Assembly (NCBI GenBank): GCA_964424735.1
Contig: CAYRJU010000001.1
Location: 3,653 to 67,652 of the forward strand
Length of the DNA: 64,000 nt
Direction: 5' to 3'
Origin: an uncultured bacterium
Lineage (GTDB): Bacteria; Chlamydiota; Chlamydiia; Chlamydiales; SM23-39
The notes beneath the pieces are model-generated. The model made no database searches, had not been told where the DNA came from, and saw only the letters and a list, made by a program, of their open reading frames with translations. Made by a program: the position numbers and the translations under genes. Below, one piece after another: positions 53,960-63,173 of this stretch (the first letter of the stretch is position 1; every line of letters begins with the position of its first letter).

Positions 53960-55723
53960 ATGAGAGTGCCGCGGGCAAGAGCCATTTCGTTTGCTCCTTT
54001 TCTAGAAGAGTGTAGAGAATATTGTTTTGAGTATTTTAAGGGAGATCTCTGGGCCGCCCTTGCGGTTGCCTTGATGACGATCCCTCAATCGATCGCCTAT
54101 TCGCTTCTTGCAGGTCTTCCTCCGACAGCGGGGATTTTCTCGGCGATTTTTGGAACCATTTTTGCAGCGGCTCTCGGATCGTCCCGCCATCTCATTTCGG
54201 GCCCCAGCACAGGGACTGCCATTTTGATCCAGACCTCGATCGCTGAGATCCTGAATGCTTACTACGAGACGGTTACGGGTGCAGAAAGGGAGATGGTCGT
54301 CTTACACATTTTGACTCAGCTCGTCATTCTGATTGGGATCATTCAGATCGCCTCGGCTTTTTTCAACGTGAGTAAGCTCCTGCAATTTGTGAGCCGCCCC
54401 GTCATTTTAGGATATTTTGCTGGGATTATGGTGGCCATACTCGTGACGCAAGTCTTCTATTTCACGGGTATCTCTCTTGAAAAGAGTGCCGATTCGGTCG
54501 TTTTAAAAATCTGGTTTTTTTGTTCTCATGTTTTCCTGCTCAAATGGCCGACTCTTCTCATTGGGGCGCTCAGTTTAATCGTCTTGATCACTCTGCGAAG
54601 AACGACCAAAAACCTTCCCGATGCGCTTTTCATGCTCATCGTAGCCTCTTTTGCTACCTACGGGCTCAACCTCTTGCTGACAGAATCTGACGTTTTGCGG
54701 CTCGGCAGTTTTGAGATGGCCAAAGAGCCGGTCCCCGAGCTCACACTGCCCCTCATCGATTTTACTCTCCTCAACAAAGTGTTTCCGGCAGCCGTTGCGA
54801 TCGCCTTTTTGGCCATTCTCGAGGTCTTTTCGGTCTCTCGCAATTTTGCTGCGAAATCGGGCCATCAGATCCAGGTCAATCAGGATGTTTTTGGCCTCGG
54901 CGTGAGCAATACGCTCCTCTCTTTTCTCTATGGCTCGCTGCCGGCATCGGGGAGTGCCACCCGCACCTCTTTGAGCTATCGCATGCACGCAAAGACCCGC
55001 TTTGCAGCCATTTTGAGCGGTTGTTTTACCGCCATCATCATCTTTTTCTGCTGGCCTCTCGTGCAGCACATTCCACTCGCCGCCCTCGCCGCGCTTCTCA
55101 TGGCAACGGTTCCCACTCTCATGAACTGGAACGAGATCAAACTCGCTTTCCATGCGACCCGTGAAGACGCCTGGGTGTTTCTCATCACGTTCCTCTCTTG
55201 CTTGATCTTCAGCTTAGACATTGCCTTCTTCATCGGGATCGTTATTTCGATTGCGACCTATTTGAAAAAATCGTCAACGCCGCACCTTGTCGAATACGCT
55301 TTCAATTCCAAGGGAAGGCTCATGACCGTCAATCCCAAAGAGGACATGCACCGCAAGGTGCGAATCATCGGCATTTCAGGTGAGCTCTACTTTGCCTCGG
55401 CCGATGTCTTCCAGTCGGCGCTGCAAACCATTGCCGAGGACCCAAAAACGCTGGCCATTGTCCTCAGGCTCAACAATATCTATCACATGGATGCGTCAAT
55501 GTGCCTGGCCATCTTGCATCTCTACGAAACGCTGCATGCGACGGGACGCTACCTCGTCATCAGCGGCCTTACGGAAGAGGTCTGGCACGTCTTTCATAGA
55601 GCAGGGCTCGTGAAGCAGATCGGGCTCGACAATCTCTACTTCACCGACGAGAGCAACCCCCAATTTTCGACCTGGAAAGCGTGTCTGCGTGCCCACGATC
55701 TCGTCCACGGCAAAGAAGAATAA
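53960..55723 (+). CDS. SulP-family anion permease with C-terminal STAS domain
   Basis: TIPQSIAYSLLAGLPP, multiple TM helices, and a STAS-like tail (IIGISGELYFASA...). Confidence 0.9.
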   Translation: MRVPRARAISFAPFLEECREYCFEYFKGDLWAALAVALMTIPQSIAYSLLAGLPPTAGIFSAIFGTIFAAALGSSRHLISGPSTGTAILIQTSIAEILNAYYETVTGAEREMVVLHILTQLVILIGIIQIASAFFNVSKLLQFVSRPVILGYFAGIMVAILVTQVFYFTGISLEKSADSVVLKIWFFCSHVFLLKWPTLLIGALSLIVLITLRRTTKNLPDALFMLIVASFATYGLNLLLTESDVLRLGSFEMAKEPVPELTLPLIDFTLLNKVFPAAVAIAFLAILEVFSVSRNFAAKSGHQIQVNQDVFGLGVSNTLLSFLYGSLPASGSATRTSLSYRMHAKTRFAAILSGCFTAIIIFFCWPLVQHIPLAALAALLMATVPTLMNWNEIKLAFHATREDAWVFLITFLSCLIFSLDIAFFIGIVISIATYLKKSSTPHLVEYAFNSKGRLMTVNPKEDMHRKVRIIGISGELYFASADVFQSALQTIAEDPKTLAIVLRLNNIYHMDASMCLAILHLYETLHATGRYLVISGLTEEVWHVFHRAGLVKQIGLDNLYFTDESNPQFSTWKACLRAHDLVHGKEE

Positions 55724-55732
55724 TCAGTTTTT

Positions 55733-55754
55733 GGAGTTGTCAACTCCATTTTCT
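55733..55754 (+). terminator. Candidate terminator hairpin (first unit of a tandem 31-bp repeat)
   Basis: ggagttg-t-caactcc followed by attttct. A degenerate second copy follows. Confidence 0.4.
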
Positions 55755-55879
55755 GGCAATTTTTGGAAGTTTAAACTCCATTTTCTTTAAACATAGACTC
55801 TTAATTGGCTAAGAAATTTGGTCAGTAAAAAAGCCGAGGGAGGTAAGATATTGCCTAAATTTACCGGCGTAGGTTTTTT

Positions 55880-56734
55880 ATGAGCGCTTCTCCTCTTTCT
55901 CCTCATTTACTGCCCCCTTTGTGTTCAGTGGTATACACCTACGCTCCCGAATCGGTCTGCTATGTTTGGGGAGAAGCGGGAGACAAGGCAGCTTGGCAGG
56001 AAGCATCAAAAAGAGCCCACGAAGTATATCTCCGTATTGTACAAGAAAAGGAGAGAAGCGATGGCGACGACCATCCAGCAGGCTTGTATATATCTAAACC
56101 CTTTCCTACATTTGACAAGCCAGCCTCTTTCTTAGACGATTTGGAAAAATCAGGAATGAATTTTGTAAAGGCGGCGGCACTTCGAGAGGGGGCATGTAAA
56201 TTTTATTCTTTTTCTCTCTATCAAATTTTGCTCAAAATAAAGTGGGCTCCCCACTCTCTAATCTCTTTCATGGAATCTTTAAGGAATAAGTATGGACACT
56301 TGTTAATAGATAGTACCGAGAAAAGAGACTTTATTCTGCACATATTCGAGACATTTCCGCCCCTTAAGCGAGATGATGTTGATAGGGCAAAGCTTACGCT
56401 TTCAGACTTGGCTGATCTCTTATTTGCCACTCCAGACCCAGAGCTTTTTTCGGTAGTGAAAGAAAAAAATCTGTTCGTTTGGGGGATGAAAGGAGCAGCG
56501 AAGTCAGAGTGGGGGCGTACTCTCGAGATTCTAACATCTTTTTCAAAAGAAGAAATCGCTAAACTCCCTCCTCTTACAAAACGTAGTTTGCAAAGACTCT
56601 TCGTTGAGGCGATCCTACAGAAAAATGAAACCTTGAAAACATATCTTCTCGATCGGAAGCTAGCAAGACCCTTGACTTCATCAGAGCAAGGTAAATTAGA
56701 CTTTGGTAAGGGTTTTAATACATACCAACTTTAG
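55880..56734 (+). CDS. Hypothetical protein
   Basis: 284-aa ORF, lower G+C by eye. No motif recognised. Confidence 0.55.
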   Translation: MSASPLSPHLLPPLCSVVYTYAPESVCYVWGEAGDKAAWQEASKRAHEVYLRIVQEKERSDGDDHPAGLYISKPFPTFDKPASFLDDLEKSGMNFVKAAALREGACKFYSFSLYQILLKIKWAPHSLISFMESLRNKYGHLLIDSTEKRDFILHIFETFPPLKRDDVDRAKLTLSDLADLLFATPDPELFSVVKEKNLFVWGMKGAAKSEWGRTLEILTSFSKEEIAKLPPLTKRSLQRLFVEAILQKNETLKTYLLDRKLARPLTSSEQGKLDFGKGFNTYQL

Positions 56735-56745
56735 CAGTCCGAAAG

Positions 56746-57126
56746 TCATTCATACTTATTGGTTTTGGCTGGGTCGTATTTGTAGATCTTGCCGTTCCAC
56801 TGGACCGTTCGATAGACCCACTCTTCGTCATTTTCCCTGAGAAGCCGATCGCAGCCCATGATGAACCCCTTTAAAAAGCCGTAGGTGTGGATCGCTTGCT
56901 GCATGTACTGCGAAGAGCTCGGTCGGTAATGGCTTCTCGGCCCATCGACGGGGGAGATGATTTCTTGGTGGAATTGGATGACGGCATCGGCGAGTTTGGT
57001 TGCAAAGGAGGTTTTTTCTTTGGGCGCTGGAGGGGGCGGGAGTTTGAGGCCTGCATCTTTGCCCCAAGGCTCAAAATAGCCCGGATGCGCGAGGAGACAG
57101 GAGGCTATGAGGAGGTTAAAAAGCAT
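56746..57126 (-). CDS. YidD-like protein (membrane protein insertion efficiency factor family) lacking the conserved cysteines
   Basis: VIQFHQEIISPVDGPRSHYRPSSSQYMQQAIHTYGFLKGFIMGCDRLLREN aligns with the YidD core YQR.ISP..GP.CRF.PTCS.Y...A....G..KG......R...C. Ser/Asn or Glu occupy the Cys positions. Confidence 0.6.
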   Translation of the reverse strand: MLFNLLIASCLLAHPGYFEPWGKDAGLKLPPPPAPKEKTSFATKLADAVIQFHQEIISPVDGPRSHYRPSSSQYMQQAIHTYGFLKGFIMGCDRLLRENDEEWVYRTVQWNGKIYKYDPAKTNKYE

Positions 57127-58054
57127 GGTCCAGCATCAGGATGGGAAAGAGTTTGTGTTCGTTGAGCACGCTCGAAGCGGCCCGTTCGTAGAGCCGTTCA
57201 TTGTAGTATTTCGCCTCTTCGCCAGCCCCATAGATGCCTCCAAAATACCAGCCCGCTTCAAAGCCCGTCGTGATGATGCCAGCGGCAATGTGGTTGTGGA
57301 GGAAAAACTGGGTGGCTGCTGCGATGAAGAGGCCGTTGAGTAAGAAGGCGGTGAGGGCCGATTTGCGCTGGCCGATATAGAGATAGCCTGCTCCTGGAAG
57401 AAGGGCATTGAGGAGTTGGGCTTTCCCGACCGATTTCTTATTCACGGAGTAAGTCTCGGTGAGGTTGTCGAGATAGGAAGGAGATTGGAAATTGCAGGCA
57501 AAGGCGTTGATCATATTGAGGTTCCCCTCGCGAATGGCCTGGGAGACTTTGAGCTCTTCATTGGCTGCGGGAAAACTCTTTTCCAAAAGTTCTAGAATTT
57601 TTGCCTGTTTTTCTTCGTCGTCCATTTCTCGATAGGACTCATAGAGAATGAGGAGGAGATCGTGGTAGGCAAAAAACGATTTATCAACACGGGCGAGATC
57701 GCTCTTTTCAAACGATTCAATGACCTCGTCATACCGTTTTGCGAGAAAGAAGCAGAGGAGAATGTCGTATTGGACTTCGAGTTTTCTCGGCGGATCCTGG
57801 ACTAAGATGAGAGCCCGTTTGAAAGTGGAAACGGCCCGATAGAGATCGAGCTCTTCGGCAAAAGCTTTTGCAATCACGTATTCTTTCCCCCAGTCAGAAG
57901 CTCTTTCTTCTGAGGAGAGGGGAGGGAAGGCGCTCATCAAATGCTGGAAGTGCTGATCTTGCAGTTGATAGGAGACGCGTGGATCGATCCGGTCAGGGAC
58001 CCGGTAACATGCCGTGAGGAGCAGAATTGTGAGAAAAAGGGTTTTAATCGTCAT
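57116..58054 (-). CDS. Lipoprotein with helical-repeat middle and hydrophobic C-terminal segments (hypothetical)
   Basis: Lipobox LLLTAC. It overlaps the sctC stop by 11 nt and the downstream yidD-like start by 11 nt. Confidence 0.6.
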   Translation of the reverse strand: MTIKTLFLTILLLTACYRVPDRIDPRVSYQLQDQHFQHLMSAFPPLSSEERASDWGKEYVIAKAFAEELDLYRAVSTFKRALILVQDPPRKLEVQYDILLCFFLAKRYDEVIESFEKSDLARVDKSFFAYHDLLLILYESYREMDDEEKQAKILELLEKSFPAANEELKVSQAIREGNLNMINAFACNFQSPSYLDNLTETYSVNKKSVGKAQLLNALLPGAGYLYIGQRKSALTAFLLNGLFIAAATQFFLHNHIAAGIITTGFEAGWYFGGIYGAGEEAKYYNERLYERAASSVLNEHKLFPILMLDHAF

Positions 58055-61000
58055 CGACTGTTTTTAAAAGTTCCATCGCCTCATCAAAATTCTTCTCGAG
58101 ATAAGGTGTTCCCGCTTGGTCGCGGAAATAGTCCTCTTCACGTTTCGTGATGTTCCGAATTTCATCAACCGAGTTGATGATATGAGGTCGGATGAAAATC
58201 ACAATATTCGAATTGGTGATGGTATCGTTGCTCTTTGAAAAAGCAGCTCCGACGAGCGGTAAGCCACCGAGACAGGGAATGCCCGCTTTGGATTTAGTGT
58301 TGGAATTGTTCACCATGCCGCTCAAGATCAAGAAATTGTTATCGGGGACATGCACAGTTGTCTGCATGGTCGTCTTGGTCGTGGTGATGCCTGTTGCCGA
58401 TGACGTACTGAAATTGATCGCAGCTCCCGTGACATCGCCCACGGTTTGGCTTCGGTCCAAGTTGATGTCGAGCGTGACGATATCGGAATTTCCAAGCACT
58501 GGGGTCACTGTGAGGCTCAGCCCAATATCGCGATATTCAATGTTAGAAGTGTTGACGGTGGTTTGGCTGTTGTTTTGGACAAAGGAGCCCACAAACGGGA
58601 TGTTTCGGCCGTCAAAGATCGTCGAAGTGCGACCGTCTTGAGTCAAAATTTTGGGGGTCATGATGATGCTCGATTCGTCATCCGACTGAAGGGCGCTCAA
58701 AAGCGATCCCAAGGTCAGGAAAGTCTGTCCATTGTGTTTGATCACCTCTCCAATCACTCCTAAATCAAACCCGGAAGAGACTGGAATATTTCCAATGGGT
58801 GTTGGAGCTGTCGGAGGAGTCAGGCCGGAGAAATTTTGCAAGAAGGAGCTAGGAGAGTTGCCACTCGTAATCGGCTGCGAATTATAGGCTGCAGTGCCAA
58901 ATTTGTCTCGATACTTGTAGTTGGCTCCCCATTCGAGACCAAAATTCAGGGCATTTGTCATGGTCGTTTCGATCACGAGCATCTCGATATAGACCTGTTT
59001 TAAGGGGATATCGAGGTTTTTGATCAGTTCGCGAAGACGGGTCAATGTATCTTGATCTCCCGAGCAAAGAAGCGAATTCGTCACCTCTAGCCACTGGATC
59101 GAATTGATCGAATTGAGAAGACCTGAATTGATCGGTGCGTTATTCACCATGAGATCTCGCGCAATTTGACGAAGGGCATTTTGGATCTCATCTCCTTTAT
59201 GGAACTGGAGTTTGTAGACGAGGAAACTCGTATTGTCGATCGCTTGAATGTTTGGTTCTAAGGGGGTGATTGATTGGGATTTATTTGCGAGATTGGAAGG
59301 AATATCGAATTCTTTGAGCAGATCTTTTACCTGATTGATCGATTTCTGAGTGCCAGTGAAGACGAGGGTCTGCGTTTGCTCGGACCAGCGGACCGATTCG
59401 ATGGTTCGGAAGAGATCATCATCGACAAGGCCGCTACTCTTCACGTTTTCGGCGAAATTTTGCAAAAGGGTTTCTAGTTCAGGTCCCGCGAGGGATTGGG
59501 GTTTGTAGACAAAATAGGTTCCCGCACTATTGAGAGGGAGCGCTGCGGGTTTACCCGTTCCCGGTGCGGCGAGACTCGATACGTCAAATTGTTCGACTAA
59601 ATTTTGCACCTTTTTGAGCGACTCTTCATTCCCTGTGAAGAAGAGGGAGTGGGTCTCTTTCACATATTTAATCGAGGAGAGGGCAGAGAGAAAATCTTTA
59701 TCGGCCGTTCCCGATTTTTTCAGCTCGGCGGTCATATTTTTAAGAGAGGTGACGATTTGAGAGCCGCCTGCATTTTTCAGTTTATAGAGGAGGAAAGTCG
59801 TTTTTCCGATGTGCTGAATCGGAGAGACATTGGCTGGCGGAATGTCGACATCTTTGAGCATCCCCTGGATTTTGGAAAGGGTATCGGGAGGTCCCGTGAA
59901 GATGAGGGTGTTGGTCGATTCTACATATTTAGAGGTGTCGAGAGACTGTAAAAGGCTCTGATCGGCAAGACCTGCCCCTTTTAGATTATTTCCCAATTCT
60001 CGAAGAGCTTTATCGATTTGGCGAGCAGGCAGATGGATGGGTTTATACATATAGAAATTGCTGCTTGCAGGAAGGGCAGGTTCTTCTCTTGGGTAATCGT
60101 ATTGGGCGATGAGTTTTTTTGCCTCTTCAATGCCTTGGGGATCTCCACTCAAGAGAAGAGAGTTTGTCTGTTTTACATAGCGCATTTTGCCAATCACAGT
60201 CAGGAGCGGACTTTCCTTAACGCCTGAGGCCTTCATATTCTTGGCTACGTGATCGAGATCCTCCTCGATGAGATCTCCGGTCGTGTTCTGCACTTTGTAG
60301 ATGAAATAGCTCGTTTCAGCAGGTTTGGAAAGGTCGATTGTGCTGATCAGCGATTGGATTTTTTTTAGAGATTCGGGATCTCCTGTAAAGAGAAGAGAAC
60401 GGGTCGATTTCACCCACTTCATGCTCTCTAAAGCGTTTAAAAGGCCAGGGTCAGCCAATTTATCTGCTTTTAACTGCGCCGTGACCTCTTTGAGTGAGTT
60501 GCTGATTTGTTCCCCCGACTGGATTTGCGGCTTATAGATGAGAAATTGCGTGCTTGGAGGGATGTCGGGTCTATTAGTCATCTTGCCAGAGGCTGCATCA
60601 ATGGTTCCAAGAAGCTCTTTGACTCTGGGGAAATCTCTTTCAGCCCCTGTGAAGGTGAGAGTATGGGTCAAGGGATTGACTTTGACGCTTTGGATTGTTT
60701 CTGTAAGACCCTCGTCTACCTCTTTCAGATGATCGGACATTTCGAGGATAGCCCGTCTGACATCCTCTGCGCTTCTATATTGCGGCTTATAGATGAAGAA
60801 AGAGAGTTTTTCGGGGGCTCCTTCTATCGGCACGTCAATGGCCGTTAAAAATTCTCTTGCCTTGTCAACGGCTTGCTTGGAGCCTACGAGCATGATAGAG
60901 TTGCTCTCTTTGATCCATTTAGCCGATTCAATGGTTTGAATGAGATCGGAATCGGAGCTATTGGTCTCTTGGAGGCTTTCAGCGATACCGGAAAGCCCTT

Positions 61001-61979
61001 TCAAGATGTCGGATCCAGAGCGATAAGCAATTTTATAGACGTAGACATCTTCAGGTTTATTTTTTTTCCCCGCTCCGGGTTTGACTTTTGGGACCGAATC
61101 TAGATTTGTAAATACTTCGACGGCTTTTGCGACGAGTTCAGGAGTTGAAACGATGAAGATCTCGCGAGAGAGTTCTTGAGGAACCAAAATGAACGGATTG
61201 CCTTGGGCAATCGGGCTCATGATTTGGCTTGCGAGGCCGACGAGGTAATCGGGAAGATTATTTGTCGCGACATATTTTTGAATTTCTAGAGTCGTATGGG
61301 GGGAATCGAGGTTTTCGATCAGCACTGCAATTTTATCGACGTTTGCCGTCACATCTGTCACGATGATCTGTTTGGTTTCTGAGGAAACCTCGAGCATGGC
61401 CGAAGAGGAGATCATGGGCTGAACGACGGCGGCAACCGATTCGGGCCTTGCGTTTTTGACGCGGAAGATCCGCGTCACGATAGGGGGTGTTCCCTCTTTT
61501 GAGTCTTCAGTGAAGAGGGTTGCGATCTGTTTGACGTCGGCAGATTTGTGAATGACGAGGCTATTTCCCTGCTCGAGGAGTAAAAGGCCGTGAATGCGCA
61601 AGACTTGGACCAGAGTAGCCATCACATTTTTCGCACTGACGGGCTCATCGGAAACGACGGTGATCGTGAAGTTGAGATCAGTTTCTTGGTAGATGAAATT
61701 CACTTTGCAAATTTTGCTGGCGAAACGGATGTATTCGATGATGGGTACAGTTGTGTAGTTGATCGTGTAGCCATTTTCTGTTTCTTGGGTTTGGGTTTTA
61801 TCGCCAAACAGAGCTTTAAAAGCGGTTTTGCCATCGGCAATCAATTCCGATTCAGATGGAGAATCTGGTGGGGAAATTTGTTCTGTCGTGACAGGCAAAT
61901 CCAATTTTGGAGCCTCCTCTTCAGCAAAGAGAACCCTTAAGAAAAGGAGTAGAAAAAGACTTATGCGCATTGCGGACAT
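58044..61979 (-). CDS. sctC: Type III secretion system secretin SctC (CdsC-like), 1311 aa with expanded N-domain array
   Basis: Signal peptide and N0/N1-like domains. Eight tandem units of about 80-95 aa (..F.IYK......). C-terminal secretin domain (VYIEMLVIET...GIPCLGGLPLVGAAFS...VIFIRPHII). Confidence 0.92.
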   Translation of the reverse strand: MSAMRISLFLLLFLRVLFAEEEAPKLDLPVTTEQISPPDSPSESELIADGKTAFKALFGDKTQTQETENGYTINYTTVPIIEYIRFASKICKVNFIYQETDLNFTITVVSDEPVSAKNVMATLVQVLRIHGLLLLEQGNSLVIHKSADVKQIATLFTEDSKEGTPPIVTRIFRVKNARPESVAAVVQPMISSSAMLEVSSETKQIIVTDVTANVDKIAVLIENLDSPHTTLEIQKYVATNNLPDYLVGLASQIMSPIAQGNPFILVPQELSREIFIVSTPELVAKAVEVFTNLDSVPKVKPGAGKKNKPEDVYVYKIAYRSGSDILKGLSGIAESLQETNSSDSDLIQTIESAKWIKESNSIMLVGSKQAVDKAREFLTAIDVPIEGAPEKLSFFIYKPQYRSAEDVRRAILEMSDHLKEVDEGLTETIQSVKVNPLTHTLTFTGAERDFPRVKELLGTIDAASGKMTNRPDIPPSTQFLIYKPQIQSGEQISNSLKEVTAQLKADKLADPGLLNALESMKWVKSTRSLLFTGDPESLKKIQSLISTIDLSKPAETSYFIYKVQNTTGDLIEEDLDHVAKNMKASGVKESPLLTVIGKMRYVKQTNSLLLSGDPQGIEEAKKLIAQYDYPREEPALPASSNFYMYKPIHLPARQIDKALRELGNNLKGAGLADQSLLQSLDTSKYVESTNTLIFTGPPDTLSKIQGMLKDVDIPPANVSPIQHIGKTTFLLYKLKNAGGSQIVTSLKNMTAELKKSGTADKDFLSALSSIKYVKETHSLFFTGNEESLKKVQNLVEQFDVSSLAAPGTGKPAALPLNSAGTYFVYKPQSLAGPELETLLQNFAENVKSSGLVDDDLFRTIESVRWSEQTQTLVFTGTQKSINQVKDLLKEFDIPSNLANKSQSITPLEPNIQAIDNTSFLVYKLQFHKGDEIQNALRQIARDLMVNNAPINSGLLNSINSIQWLEVTNSLLCSGDQDTLTRLRELIKNLDIPLKQVYIEMLVIETTMTNALNFGLEWGANYKYRDKFGTAAYNSQPITSGNSPSSFLQNFSGLTPPTAPTPIGNIPVSSGFDLGVIGEVIKHNGQTFLTLGSLLSALQSDDESSIIMTPKILTQDGRTSTIFDGRNIPFVGSFVQNNSQTTVNTSNIEYRDIGLSLTVTPVLGNSDIVTLDINLDRSQTVGDVTGAAINFSTSSATGITTTKTTMQTTVHVPDNNFLILSGMVNNSNTKSKAGIPCLGGLPLVGAAFSKSNDTITNSNIVIFIRPHIINSVDEIRNITKREEDYFRDQAGTPYLEKNFDEAMELLKTVDDD

Positions 61980-62093
61980 CTAGAGTAGTCGACCTCTTTT
62001 GAATCGTAAATTACCCTGCATATTATTGCAACACTTCCCCTTTCAGGGGGGGTCGTACCTGCCAGTGTAGCAAGATGGATAAATAATTGCAGT

Positions 62094-63173
62094 CTAAATT
62101 TCTAAAATGCGGATGCCGAGCTGTTCGCCGAGATAGACGAGTTCGGCTTTGCCAATCGTTTGGCCGTTGATTGTCAGAGAAACACCTTGATCTGGATGCA
62201 CGGGAAGCTCCAGTGTATTGCCCGGGGTCAAATGCATCAGCTTGTCGAGAGTCATCTTGAGTTTGGCAATCTCTACGGTTACGTAGAGTGGCATCTCTTT
62301 CAAGGGGGCCACTTCTCCCTCTACGGGCGCTTTGTCTTTTTTCTCCATATTCTCCTCATAATAAAAAGCGTAATCGAGCAACTCCACTTTTCCCTGTTTG
62401 ATTTTCGTGTTGAAGACAGGTGTGGAGGCAAGCATCAGAAGGCAAGCTCCTGTCCCCTTATGAGCGTCGTAACTTCCCGAGTTGAGAAGTACAAAATCTC
62501 CGACCTGTAGCTGCTTCCACTCTTCTTGGCTCAAAGTGAAAGAGCCCGTTTTTAAAGAGAGATCTAAGAAGGTCTGACGTCCGAGCTCTTGAGGGAAATA
62601 TTCTGTAGGAAGATGAGAGAAGTGCTGGATCCATTTTCCTCGAAAAGTTTCTGGCAATACGAGTCTTCCCCAAGAGCTTTTTCCTTCTAAGTCGATTTCG
62701 ATATCGATACAAAACGCTTTTTCAGAGTCCATCTCTTCTTCGCTGAGCTGCAGTGTGAGATCGGTAAAAGGGGGCATGTCTTGGACGATATCGAGAGCTT
62801 GGAGTGCGAGGAAGCGATAAAAACCTTCTTGAAAAATTTCAGAAAGGGGGGGGCGGGGTTTGTGATTTGGTTTCATCATCCACGTGGTGAGTTTGATGCG
62901 GTCCTCTTCGGACATGAGCCATTGAAGAGTGCCGAGAGGAGCGATGGACAGAGAAAGAGTGTGCAAATTGGATCCGAGTCCCTTGTGGATAGTTTGAGTT
63001 TCTCTCCAGCTCTGATCTTTTGCATGGATCGTTATTTTGGGCACTCCTAAGCGAGAAGCCATAGAAGAGGAAAATGTCTCCCAATCAAAAGGGGGAGCAT
63101 TGCCAAAGAGGGGAATGGTATTGAGCTCTGGCAATTCAGCCGCAATCCGTCGAATCCAACTCAAAGGTGCCAT
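62094..63173 (-). CDS. sctQ: Type III secretion cytoplasmic ring/sorting platform protein SctQ (CdsQ-like)
   Basis: C-terminal SpoA/FliN-type domain (LYVTVEIAKLKMTLDKLMHLTPGNTLELP...INGQTIGKAELVYLGEQLGIRILEI). It lies upstream of sctC. Confidence 0.85.
   Translation of the reverse strand: MAPLSWIRRIAAELPELNTIPLFGNAPPFDWETFSSSMASRLGVPKITIHAKDQSWRETQTIHKGLGSNLHTLSLSIAPLGTLQWLMSEEDRIKLTTWMMKPNHKPRPPLSEIFQEGFYRFLALQALDIVQDMPPFTDLTLQLSEEEMDSEKAFCIDIEIDLEGKSSWGRLVLPETFRGKWIQHFSHLPTEYFPQELGRQTFLDLSLKTGSFTLSQEEWKQLQVGDFVLLNSGSYDAHKGTGACLLMLASTPVFNTKIKQGKVELLDYAFYYEENMEKKDKAPVEGEVAPLKEMPLYVTVEIAKLKMTLDKLMHLTPGNTLELPVHPDQGVSLTINGQTIGKAELVYLGEQLGIRILEI

Noticed and set aside
55727-55790. Checked whether the tandem repeats could be a CRISPR array
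   Set aside because: There are only two diverged adjacent copies, no spacers, and no cas genes in the window.
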